63,750 nucleotides of DNA from Lama glama (lineage: Eukaryota): assembly GCA_028534125.1 (NCBI GenBank), contig CM052829.1, forward strand, positions 42,844,251 to 42,908,000, in the 5' to 3' direction. The translations under genes and the position numbers were made by a program. The notes below the pieces were generated by a model. It was not told the origin of the DNA. It saw only the letters and a list, made by a program, of their open reading frames with translations, and made no database searches. Below, piece after piece: positions 1 to 12,064 of this stretch (position 1 is the stretch's first letter; every line of letters starts with the position of its first letter).

Positions 1-146
1 CAAAATGTTATGATAAATCACAGAGAAAAAAATGTGACAATGAGTGTGTATATGTCCATGAATGACTGAAAAATTGTGCTGAACACTGGAATTTGATACA
101 ACATTGTAAAATGATTATAAATCAATAAAAAATGTTAAAAAAAAAG
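1..146 (+). mobile_element. Young lineage-specific L1 3' end with poly(A), truncated by window start
   Basis: Near-identical to 26118-26263 and, as reverse complement, to 55997-56139; ends caataaaaaatgttaaaaaaaaaa. Confidence 0.88.
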
Positions 147-946
147 TCTTCAAACAACAAATGTTGGATACAACGTAGAGAAAAGGGAACCCTCATACAC
201 TGTTGGTGGGAATGTAAGTTGGTGTATCTATATAGAAAACAGTATAGATGTTTCTCAAAAAACTAAAAATGTAACGATCATATAACTGGGTAATTCCACT
301 CCTGGGTATATATCTGGAAAAAATGAAAACACTAATTTGAAAGGATATATGCACCCCAATGTTCATAGCAGCACTATTTACAATATAGCCAAGACATGGA
401 AGCAACTCAAGTGCCCATCAACAGATGACTGGATGAAGAAGATGTCATACACACACACACACACACACACACATACACACACACACCCACACACACACAC
501 ACACGAATATAACTGAGTGCTACTCAGCCATAAGAAAATCAAATACTGCCATTTGCAGCAATGTGGATGGACCTAGAGAATACTACGCCTAGTGAAAGAA
601 ATCAAAGACAAATACTGTATGATATCACGTATATGTGGAATCTAAAAAAAAATACAAATGAATGTATATGCAAAACAGAAACATACTCACAGATATAGAA
701 AACAAACTTGTGGTTACCAAAGAGGAAAAGGTAGAGGGGAGGGACAAATTTGGTGTATGGGATTAACAGATACAAACTACCATATATAAAACAGATAAGC
801 AATAAAGATATACTGTATAGCACAGAGAATTATACCCCTTACCTTGTAAAAACCTATAATGGAGTATAATCTGCAAAACTACTGAATCATTATGTATAAT
901 GCTGTACTAACAAAATATTGTAAGTCAACTATACTTAAAAAAAAAA
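147..946 (+). mobile_element. Older L1 ORF2 end plus 3' UTR
   Basis: Typical L1 3' motifs (gaaccctcatacactgttggtgggaatgta; tgcaccccaatgttcatagcagcactattt) and an A tail; contains a (CA)n tract at 449-504. Confidence 0.9.
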
Positions 947-3900
947 GTAAGCCAGGGTACTATGAGTCAGAAAGCAGTCCTGAGATCAGGAGATTTCCAC
1001 TGCAGAGGGATTTCTAGTTACCTCTGTCCAAAAATGTCTGCTGCATGTGATTTCTGAATGTTTGAAAATTCTTTTAACTGTGGGTAAAATATCTATTAGA
1101 ATTAGAGAGAATGTTAAAATTCAAATAGTTCTGGAAAGGTAACATTAACTTACATATACATTTAAATATAAAAGGCCTCAAGTAAAATAATGTCATTCTT
1201 ATTCAATTTAAGTAAAGTTCAGATTCCTCACCCAAGAGACTAAGAGTGGGAAATCAGTCCTCTTGTTCCCAAGTAGCACAGCAGAGATCTGGTTAGAACA
1301 TTAAAAAAAAAAAAAAAGATTTTACCCATGGCTAACTAGCAAAAGGGATGATAAAAGGGAAATAAACAGTTTCTGAGACACAGCTTGCACCCATGTTTCA
1401 AGACTCATACCGTTAGTCAGAGAACCCAGGAAAAGAAATCTTTTGAACGTTATCCTCCCTCCACATGGTAGATGCCATTTTGAACTCTATCAGCCAAGCA
1501 TGCACTTAGTGCTATTTAAAGTCCCAGGAATCTAAATTGAGAGAGAGAGGCTGAGTTTCGCTTCTTAGATTCTGAGCAGAGTTCTGGTTTTCTGTCTAAA
1601 CTCACAACTCACTCAGATGACTAACCCCCAAAATGACCTCCCTCTTCAGGTGAGAAATATATTCATAAGATTGAGATCTGACCCTGACCCTTGCAAGCTC
1701 CAGCAGAATATTCAGATCAGAATAGAAGATATCAGCCCCTCAGCTCCAACATTCATACACAACTGGGAAACAGAGAATCATGGCTGGTTAGGGGTGGAGG
1801 GCTCAGTGGAAATGTAATGTCCATACAAGGGCCAATATTAGCTCCTCTTAGTGGGGAAGGATTGTCTGAAGGAGAAGTGAGGAGGAACTACAAAATATGG
1901 AAACGACTAGAAGGGTAACTATAGGGTCAAAAATTATAACTCATGTTTTCCAAACAGAAGCACATCAGTATTTCCTTGTGGGAACTCCAGGCCCTCTGCT
2001 TCTAAGAGCCCCTAGGGACTCTTTCATGTTGTCCTTGGAACTAGTCCTGGGGCCATCCTGGGGCATTGATCCTTTTCCTTTGATGCTTCTCTGGCAGTGT
2101 GTCCCATAGCTTCCTGACAAAGTCCCCATACTAGGCACTACTTGCCTCTGCACCAGCCTGGCTGTGCAAATCTCCTGATCAGGGTACACTTCTGGCCCAT
2201 CTCCTATTATGGACAAGTCCCTGATGCTGCCTGCAGAGTCACTAATATTGATGCCTCAGGAGACTCATACTCTTAACTTCTCACAGACAGTGAGACAGTG
2301 TAATTTTAAAAACAAAATCACATCTTTTAGCTCTTGCTGGTTTAGTTATTTCATCCCTTTTGCTCAGAAGAGAAAATTCTAAGGGGCTGGAATTGGGAAT
2401 TGAGTCCATGCCAGACTTCTTCATATGCTCAAAATCACCTCTTTCCTCTGCCCATCCTTTTGTCCTTGAAACAAATGTCAAGTCCCTGATCCTGGGAATC
2501 CATTATTTCCCAGTAAGCCCTTGGGTTTCTCAGGCTCCAGACTCTAGCAGGCTGCCTCTCCTCCATCTCCGTTATGCTCAGATGTGTGAATCCCAGAGCT
2601 CACCTCTGTTATGTATGCTTTGTCTGCCTCACTACTTTTCTATTTTTCTACCACCAGTAGGTACCCAGAACAAGTTAAAACCAAGCATGAAAAATATAGT
2701 GCCATTCATGTAAAAATACATCTAAAAACAAGAAAAAAAGAAAGGGTGAAATAGTATGAAAACACTCATCAAAACTGTGTGTAAGTTAACAGCATTCATT
2801 TAAATATTTTTTAAAATATCACTGCATTTAAAATTTATGGAGCCAATAGAATCTTATATTTTGAAATTGCCTCAAAGTCATTTGACACTCTTATTTGGGT
2901 AAATAAACTGAGGCTCAGAGAGATTAAATAGAGTCATACAGTTGATTAGTGAAAGGGCTAAATTAAGGAAAACTAGTCACAACGTGGAATATATATATGG
3001 GAATTTGCATATCTACATTTTATAGCATCAGTTCACATGTTCTATTTTGAAGAGGTGAAGAATGTCTCATTGTTAGCCATCTTGAGTTTTGGTTGTTAAC
3101 TATCAATGAGAAACAACTGAATTCGAGTTTGAACATTTCCTTCTTATCCCTAAACCTTAAGAAGTTAGCACAATGTTCTCAGCTGGGTCAAAAAAAAATT
3201 CTTTAAAGCAAATGATAATCACAAAGAAATGGAGTGCTTCCAATTTTACTTTATTAGACTATGCATTTCAATTCACTAGCTTATATAGCTGACTGTACTT
3301 CATCAGATGTGTCTGGGATATGAGTGCTGGATGTGAGAATTTGGAACACAGAGATGGCTATTGCCAAATAATAATCAATGAAACAGAGATTTGCAATTAC
3401 TTGGTTCATTTGAACTGTAGGATAGCACATCTGGGTAACTCAGAGCCCAGGACCTAGGTTTTTTTATGTTAATTTCTCTAGTTCTTAGCCTAGGTACACA
3501 GTGGATGCTTAATTAGTGCTTAATATCAACATTTGTAAAGCATGGTTCACTTCATCAAATCTTTTTTGCACACAAAATACTGATAATTATAAAAGCTTCA
3601 CTGTAGTTGTGTAATCCCAGTCTGAAGAAAAATACTGTGAGACCACTATAAACACTATAGTGTCTTTTGGGTGAAAACTGTCACATTATGCTATTTGACC
3701 TATGAAGAAAAGGATAGGAAAGTTTTGTGTCTTTTTAGGAGATACAAACATGTTGTGAACATTTTTCTTCTTGCAAATATTAGAATAAGCATCAAGAGGG
3801 AATGAATATATGCCCATGTAGGATCGATCTGGGATTTCCTGGGATTAGATTTCCTAATCTATGGCACTGAATGTGCACAGGCCTGGATATGTAGGTTTAT

Positions 3901-4645
3901 TGACTCAGTGACAATGAATGCAAAGAGAACAAATGTCAGACACATGAAAAAATTAATACTGGCCTATAAGCCTAGGAACTGAAAGAAAGTGAACTCCCCC
4001 CTTTTTATTATCAAAAACTTAAAACATAACAAAGAGTAGAAAGAGTAATATAATGAACACCCATGTATCCATCACTTACATATAACAATTGTTAATATTT
4101 TGCCATATTTGCTTCTTAGTTTTTGCTGAAGTATTTTAAAGGAAAAACATGCATTGTGTATCTCTAAGAATTAAGAACCATTTTTCTATATAACTTCAAT
4201 GACTTTGTAACACCTAACGAAATTAGCAAGTATTTTCTAATATTATCTGATATCTACTTAATAAATTTCACATTATCATTTTCATGGGCAAATGAAATTA
4301 TGAATATTAAGTGCAAAAACACCACTCTTTAGCTACTAATACTCATCTTCATTGTCCACAAAGGTGGCTTGGTGTGGTGAATAGCACTTTTGGGGCGAGA
4401 ACAATTGGGTTCTGTTTTGGGGTATGCTACTAATTTATAGTGAGATCACACACAAACTGCTTAATTTCTCCTTGTCTTGGATTCCTTGTTTATAAACAAA
4501 GAGGACAGAATAGAGTATTTCCACTCTATTTGAAGTGGGGAATTTATTTAAAGAGCTGATAACTTGTAAACCTAAAGATTATTTGGCTCTATTTTCACAT
4601 ATTGTTGGGATAGTTCAGAGATAATGCAGAAACAAGTTGTTTTAC

Positions 4646-4993
4646 TGTCATAGTCCATTTGGGCTGCTATAACAAAATACTATAGACTGGGTGGCTGAAA
4701 AGCAATGGAAATTTATGTCTCAGTTCTGGAGGCTGGAAGACCCAGATTAGGGTATCAGCATGGTTGGGTGAGGGCCCTCTTCTGGGTCACAGAATTCTCG
4801 TATCCTCACATGGTAGAAAGACCTAGGGAGTTCTGTGGGATCTTTTTTATAAGAACACTAATCCCATTCATGAGGGCTCCACCTTCATGACCTAATCATC
4901 TCTCAAAGGCCTTATCTCCTAACACCATCACCTTGGGTATGAGGATTTTGACATGTGCATTTTGGGGGAACACAAACATTCAGACCACAGTCA
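4646..4993. mobile_element. MaLR LTR (MLT1A-like)
   Basis: Starts tgtcatagtccatttgggctgctataacaaaatac and ends aacattcagaccacagtca, typical MLT1 termini. Confidence 0.75.
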
Positions 4994-5144
4994 CAAACAT
5001 TATTTCTATCTACGGTAGCCCTCTTTCTCTGTAAGAATATACTTGTATCACTAACTCCTTATTCTTTTTTCCTTAATGTTATTACCTATGTGGGTTAAAA
5101 TGATGTCACTGTGGCTGCTCCTTTAAAAAATAAACTGAGCCAGA

Positions 5145-5782
5145 CACGATATATTTAAAGTGATGAAAAGGAAAAACTTACAACTAAGAATACTCTATCC
5201 AGCAAGGCTCTCGTTCAGATTTGTTGGAGAAATCAAAAGCTTCACAGATGAACAAAAGCTAAAAGAATTCAGCACCACCAAACCAGTATTACAACAAATG
5301 TTAAAGGAACTTCTCTAGTCATCGAACCACAAGAAAAGAGAACAAAAAGAAGAGGAAAAAAAAAGACCTACAAAAGATTGCTTTGGCAGTTTGGGGTCTT
5401 TTATAGTTCCATATAAATTTTGGATGTGTTCTAGCTCTGTGAAGAATGTTGTGAGTATTTTGACAGAGGTTGCATTGGATCTGCAGATTGCTTTGGGTAG
5501 TATGGCCATTTTGATAATGTTGATTCTTCCAGTTCAAGAGCACAAGATATCTTTCCATTTCTTTGTATCATTTTCAATTTCTTTCATCAGTGTTTTACAG
5601 TTTTCAGAGTGTAGGTAACCTCCTTGGTAAAGTTTATTTCTAGGTATTTTGTTGTTTTTGATGCAATGGAAATGTTTATGCCAGTTATAAAATTCTGGTT
5701 TTTGAAGTGCAAAAAAAAAAAGTGAATGAAGGGCAGCAAGTGGTAAAATATCCTTCTTTCTTATGGGTGGGTTGTATTCCAT

Positions 5783-5847
<65 letters not shown>

Positions 5848-6187
5848 ATATGTGCGCTGCATTTTCTTTATCCAGTCATCTATTGATTTGCACTTAGGAT
5901 GCTTCCATATCTTGGCAATTATAAATAATGTTGCTGGTAATAGTGGGGGTGTGTGTATCTTTTTAAATTAATTCTTATTTAGTGGTTGGCTTTATTCCTT
6001 TGATAACCATGTAAGTTTAAAAAGCTAAAACTCTAAATGTTCTTAGAAACAATGAACAGTACATACATGTAAATTTTAAAAACATGTGCAGTATATCATA
6101 TATATGTATTTACATGCAATATATTGTATACGTGTAGTCAAATTATAACAATTCTACCTAATAAAACTGAAAAATGAAAAAAAAAAC
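5145..6187. mobile_element. Rearranged L1 insertion: sense ORF1 C-terminus, antisense ORF2 and 3' pieces, A tail, TSD-like flanks
   Basis: 5145-5318 (+) reads HDIFKVMKRKNLQLRILYPARLSFRF...MLKELL* (L1 ORF1). 5376-5670 is ORF2 on the - strand ([10 protein letters not shown]). The flanks 5125-5144 and 6178-6197 match at 18/20. Confidence 0.8.
5787..5838. repeat. (TG)n microsatellite
   Basis: Direct inspection. Confidence 0.95.
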
Positions 6188-6257
6188 CTGAGCCAGAAGA
6201 TTTTCTGACTTTCCCAGGAAGGAAATGCATGTCCTTAGATTTTCATTTCATGACCTT

Positions 6258-6636
6258 TGTGATTGTTACTTTATGTGTCAATTTGGCTAGGCTACGTACC
6301 CAGATATCCAATCCAATCCTAATCCAAGTGTTGCTGTGAAGGTATTTTGTCAGGTGGGTTAACATCTACAGTCAGTTGAAGGAGATCACCCTTAATAATT
6401 TGGGTGGGTCTTATCCAATCAGTGAAGGCCTGATGGGCAAAAACAGGTTTCTAGACAAGAAATTTTGCCTCAAACTCCTGCCTGAGTTTCCAGCCTGCCT
6501 ACCTGCCCTACAGACTTCAGACTTAGCTCCTACAACTGCTTGAGTCAGTTCTTTTATTTATTCCCATAAATGAACCTCTTCATATTTACAGTATATATCT
6601 TACTGGTTCTGTTTCTCTAGAGAACCCTAACTGACA
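6258..6636 (+). mobile_element. ERVL LTR (MLT2-like)
   Basis: Starts tgtgattgttactttatgtgtcaatttggctagg and ends ggttctgtttctctagagaaccctaactgaca. Confidence 0.75.
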
Positions 6637-7175
6637 ACTTGCTTTATAGATCAGAATAATTTTAACTTTATAGATCAGAATTATATATGGTATATGTTGC
6701 AAATTAAATTGTATTCCCCTAATTCAGAATTTTATTATTGTAGAATTTTAATCATTTAGACAGATGTTACATTGAAGTCTAATTTTTAAATATTTATGAA
6801 GAAAAGGATTGTGCACAAATGACAGATCACAGGTGGCAATGGTTTATCCAAAAGGAGTTGCTGGAGAAGCATCTAATACACCCTGGAATCACTTCCTAAA
6901 TAAACTAACTTAGTACAAGTCTTTAGCTCAGGCTCTGGTTTTTGGAGGCACCCAGTCTAAGACAGCGACAGAAATACTGTCAAAGAATGACCTCAAGAAG
7001 CTGATTAGAAAGAGTTCAAAATCAGTTATGTCAAAATCATTTGTGGACAATGGTTTTCAGATGTTAGTTTGGAACTCTTTGTTTTAAAGAAATTTTACTC
7101 AGAAATCTAACATACAAACAAAGAAAATTGGGCCTCCATTTCTAACCTTCCTCCAAAAGTGCCAGAAAGGGTATT

Positions 7176-7727
7176 CGTATTAGTTTGTTAGACTGCCATA
7201 ACAAAGTTCCACGAACTGGGAGGGCTTCAGCAACAGAAATTTGTTGTCTCACAGTTCTGGAGGCTGGAAGTCTAAGATCAAGGTGTTGGCAGGGTTGGTC
7301 CCTATGAAGGCTGTGAGGGAAGGATCTTTTCTAGGTCTCTCTCCATGGGTTGAAGATGGTCATATTCTCCCTATGTTTCTTCACACTATCTTCCCTCTAT
7401 GCATATTTTTGGGGGGGGCAATTAGGTTTGTTTATTTACTTTTTAGAGGAAGTACTGGGGATTGAATCCAGGACCTCATGCATACTAAGCATGTGCTCTA
7501 CCACTTGGAGCTATACCCTCCCCCCGTCCTGTATGCATGTATATATGCCCAAATATCCCCTTTATATAAGGACACCAGTCATACTGGTTTAGGACACACT
7601 CTAATGAACTCTTTTTTAACTTGATTATATCTGTAAAGACTATCTCCAAATAAGGTCACATTCTGAGGTACTAGAGACAGAATTCAAACATGTGAATTTT
7701 GGGGGGACACAAATTCAATTCATAACA
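7176..7727. mobile_element. MaLR LTR (MLT1B/C-like) interrupted by a SINE
   Basis: gtattagtttgttagactgccataacaaag...tctcacagttctggaggctggaagtc...aattcataaca. Confidence 0.75.
7405..7526 (-). mobile_element. tRNA-derived SINE (camelid Vic-1-like)
   Basis: Reverse complement has a tRNA-like head (gtatagctccaagtggtagagcacatgcttag...gttcaatcccc-like B box); tatgcat is repeated on both flanks; homologous to 44434 and 46642 copies. Confidence 0.8.
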
Positions 7728-8254
7728 GTATCTAAAGATTCTTAGATTCAGTTGGATAATTTGAAACAATTCTACTTATCAGATTAACATTTTCATTTAA
7801 GAGAAGACGTTATGTAGGCCCTTAGAGTACTCAAAATTAAACATTCCATATGAACAATGTTAACTTTCTTTTATAGTAGATGCAGTTCATATGGAAACAC
7901 CTGCCCTCAAAATTCAGTGGTTGTCTTGCGGCACAGATCTTTAACCATTTCAGCATATTTGAAACTGTTGTTTGGGAAAAGTTTTAGCCAAGACCACAAA
8001 GCCTTACACTTTCATACAGTTTCTACTGTGTCTGTCATTAGAATAGTTGGGTCTTCTATGAACTGGTAGTACAGAATACCTGAATTCTTCCCCTCTTAAA
8101 GTAACTGTATAGGTCTATTATTTGCCAAAATGAATCTCAACTTTATCAGTTTGAGACCTGATGAATAAAATTTTATCAAGAAGAAAAATTCAATGGCAAT
8201 GTTAAAGGTTATTCTCAAATAAAAGAGTGAAGGAGGGAACTAGTCTAAGCAGTA

Positions 8255-9490
8255 TTTTTTTTAATAATAGACTTTATTTTTTAGAACAGTTTTAGATTTG
8301 CAGAAAAATTAAGAAGATAGCACAGAGCGTTCTTATATACCCCATATATTTCCCCATTATTAACCTACATTAATTATCCTACATTAGTATGGTATGGTTG
8401 TTATAATTATTTTGTTGCTCAAATTGTTCTTTGACCACTGGGAGCTCTTTTAGTTGGCTCCTGTGTCCCTCTGACATACTTCCATCAATGTAGATTTTTC
8501 TTCCTTACTTGCTGGTGGTACAAGATGCTCCAGGCTCATCTTGTATATTTCCTAAAATCCCAATACTAGAATCAGCCATTTCTCCAAGGAGTCCTGACTC
8601 CTTTTACTAGAAATTAGTATTAGTAACCAAGCTCTGGGCAGTAGGTATGTCTGTTGCTACCGCAGTGTCATTGCTCCTTGGCTCTGTCAGCAGATAGTGC
8701 ATGGAAATACAAGCATGTATACTGACCTTTTATATACACATATCTATAAATATTTTTATATGTAATCGTCTGTACCTAAATTAAGCTAAACACAGTTCAT
8801 ACTGATGTCTCCAACTCTAATTTAGTCTAGTATCTTGCTTATCTGTAAATTCCCATTCTGTGAGAAACCTTGCTCCCACCCTCCATTTACTTAACTGTTC
8901 AATCTCAGCATTCATGTACAACAGCATCAGAATAGTTAACATGTACACTTGTGGGAAACAATACCAATTAAGGTATAGTGCTTATGTGCAGTTCCCTTTG
9001 CCTTTACTCTTACAGGTTCTACTCATTACTTAGGTCAGAAACTTTCTGCTCACCCACTACTTAAGTGAAATTGTCTCATACATTGATAATACAATTCAAT
9101 TTATTTGACACTGTCTGCATTCCTTCCAGGAATCCCCCAACATCCTAAATGATTTTCAAATTTTTTTCTATATTAAAATTCACCTTTTCTGCTGTAAAAT
9201 TTTAAAGTTTTGACAAATGTAGATTATTGCATATCCACAATTATAGTATCACATAGAATTGCTTGACTGACCCCCTAAATCTCTGTACTTCATTTATTTA
9301 ACCCTCCTGTCTTGCTCGGAGTCCCTGGCAACCACTGATATTTTAACTCTATAGTTTTACCTTTTCCAGAATATTATACAATTGGAATCAGAGTATGCAG
9401 GTTTTCAGACTGGCTATTTCACTTAGAAATATGCATTTAAAGTTTATCCATGTTTATCCATGTCTTTTTGTAGCCTGACAGTTCTTAATC
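8255..9490 (-). mobile_element. Old L1 (L1MC/MD-like) 3' region, resuming at about 15270-15390 after nested insertions
   Basis: Degenerate L1 3' UTR motifs (tagactttattttttagaacagttttagattt); sequence logic continues across the inserted younger L1. Confidence 0.7.
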
Positions 9491-9493
9491 TTT

Positions 9494-9594
9494 TTTTTAA
9501 ACATTAAAAAAATTGAAGTATAGTTAATTTATAATGTGTTAGTTTCAGGTGTACAGTAAAGAGATTCAGCTATATATATATATATATTCTTTCT
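9494..9594 (-). mobile_element. Short 5'-truncated L1 tail with 15-bp TSD
   Basis: TSD cagttcttaatcttt at 9479-9493 and 9595-9609. Confidence 0.8.
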
Positions 9595-10259
9595 CAGTTC
9601 TTAATCTTTAAAAAAATTTTTAAACTGTGATATAGTTGACGTACAATATTGTATAAGGTACAGGTATACAACATAGTGATTCATAATTTTTAAAGCTTAT
9701 ATTCCATTTATAGTTATTATAGAATATTGGCTATATTCCCTGTGTTGTACAGTATATTTTTGTAGCTTATTTATGTTATAAATAATAGTTAGTGCCTCTT
9801 AATCCCTTACCTTAATCTTGTCACACCCCCTCCCCACTGGTAACCACTAGTTTGTTCTCTGTATCTGTGAGTATGTTTCCTTTTTTTTATATTCACTAGT
9901 TTGTTGTATTTTTTTAGATCCAACATATAAGTGGTATCATACAGTATTTGTCTTTCTCTGTCTGACTTATTTCATTCACCGTAATACTCTCCAAGTCCAC
10001 CCATGCAATTGCAAATGGCAATATTTCATTATTTTTAAGGCTAGTAATATTGTATAGGTATACATACACCACATCTTTATTCATTCATCTGTTGATGGAC
10101 AGTTAGGTTGCTTTCATATCTTTGCAAATGTAAATAATACTGCAATGAACATTGGGGTGCATGTATCATTTTGATTAGTGTTTTCTTTTCTTTTTTTTTT
10201 TTTTTTTCAGATATATACCCAGGAGTGGAATTGCTGGGTTATATGGTAGTTCTATTTTT

Positions 10260-10320
10260 TTTAACATTTTTTTTATTCCGTTATAGTCAGTTTACAATGT
10301 TGTGTCTGTCAATTTCCAGT
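10260..10320 (-). mobile_element. About 60-bp L1 3' tail nested in the long L1, 16-bp TSD
   Basis: TSD tggtagttctattttt at 10244-10259 and 10321-10336. Confidence 0.78.
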
Positions 10321-10339
10321 TGGTAGTTCTATTTTTAGG

Positions 10340-10650
10340 TTTTTTTTTTAACATTTTTTATTGATTTATAATCATTTTACAATGTTGTGTCAAATTCCAG
10401 TGTAGAGCACAATTTTTCAGTTATACATGAACATGTATATATTCATTGTCACATTTTTTTTCTCTGTGAGCTACCATAAGATCTTGTATATATTTCCCTG
10501 TGCTATACAGTATAATCTTGTTTATCTATTCTACAATTTTGAAATCCCAGTCTATCTCTTCCCACCCCCTACCCCCTTGGCAACCACAAGTTTATATTCT
10601 ATGTCTGTGAGTCTATTTCTGTTTTGTATTTATGCTTCATTTATTTTTTT
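10340..10650 (-). mobile_element. Young L1 3' UTR nested in the long L1
   Basis: Same family as 1-146 and 25870-26263; tatttttag repeated at 10330-10338 and 10651-10659. Confidence 0.85.
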
Positions 10651-12031
10651 TATTTTTAGTTTTTTAAAGAAAACTCCATAGTGTTTTCCACAGTGTCTGC
10701 ACCAATTTAAATTCCCACCAACAGAGTACAAGTGTTCCCTTTTCTCCATGTCTTCACCAATATTTTCTATTTGTGGACTTTTTGACGATAGCCATTTTGA
10801 CTGGTGTGAAGTGATAGCTCATTGTGGTTTTGATTTTCATTTCTCTGGGTCAATGATCAGTGATGTTGAACATTTTTTCATATGCCTGTTGGCCCTTGGT
10901 ATGTCTTCTTAGGAAAAATGTCTATTCAGGTCTTCTGCCTATTTTTCAATTGGGTTGTTTGATTTTTTTTTTTTTCACTGGTGAGTAGTATGAGCTACTT
11001 ATGTATTTTGGATATTAATCTCTTATTGCTGATATCATTAGCAAATATTTTCTCCCATTAAGTAGGTTATCTTTTCATTTTGTAGATGGTTTCCTTTGCT
11101 GTGTAAAAGCTTTTAAGTCTAATTAGGTCCCATTTGTTTATTTTTGCTTTTATTTCCTTTGCTTTAGGAGACAGATCCAAAAAATATTACTGTGATTTAT
11201 GTCAAAGAGTGTTCTGCCTATGCTTTTGTCTAGGAGTTTTATGGTTTCTGGTCTTATATTTAGGCCTTTGATCCATTTTGAATATTTTTTTTATATGGTG
11301 TGAGAAAGTGTTCTAATTTCATTCTTTTATATATAGCTGTCCAGTTTTCCCAGCACAACTTATCAAAGAGACTGTCTTTTCTCCATTGTATATTCTTGCC
11401 TCTTTTGTTGTAGATTAACAGACCATAGTGTGTGGGTTTATTTCTGGGCTCTCTATTCTGTTCCATGATCTATGTGTCTATTTTTGTGCCAGTATCATAC
11501 TGTTTTGAATACTGTAGTTTTGTAGAACAGTCTGAAGTCAGGAAACATGATTCCTCCAGCTTTGTTCTTCTTTCTCAAAGATTGTTTTGGCCATTCAGGG
11601 TCTTTAATGTTTCCATACAGATTTGAAAATTATTTGTTCAAGTTCTGTGAAAAATGTCCTTGGTATTTGATAGGAACTGCATTGAATCTGCAGACTGTCT
11701 TGGACAGTAATGTCATTTTAACAATATTAATTCTTCCAATCCATAAACACAGTATATCTTTCCATCTGTTTGTGTCATCTTCAATTTTTTTCATCAGTTT
11801 CTTACAGTTTTCCAAGTACAGGTCTTTCATCTCCTTAGGTAGGTTTATTCCTAGGTATTTTACTGTTTCTGATGTAATGGTAAATGGAATTATTTACTTA
11901 ATTTCTTTTTCTGATAGTTCATTTTTAGTGCAGAGAAATGCAAGATTTCTGTACATTAATTTTGTATCTTGCAAATTTACTGAATTCATTCATGAACTCT
12001 AATAGCTTTATGGTGGCATCCTTAGAAAATA

Positions 12032-12064
<33 letters not shown>

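Noticed and set aside
1617..2713. Cluster of 66-117 aa ORFs as a gene or processed pseudogene
   Set aside because: No recognisable protein similarity, inconsistent frames and strands, and no clear TSD pair.
6642..6681. Short direct repeats (16 bp here; 12 bp at 22146-22169 and about 40596-40622) as an array or CRISPR-like structure
   Set aside because: Only two units each with no repeat-spacer series; ordinary micro-duplications in a mammalian genome.
8415..8900. Similarity to 30780-31300 suggesting a segmental duplication
   Set aside because: Both are diverged copies of the same old L1 family with unrelated flanks.
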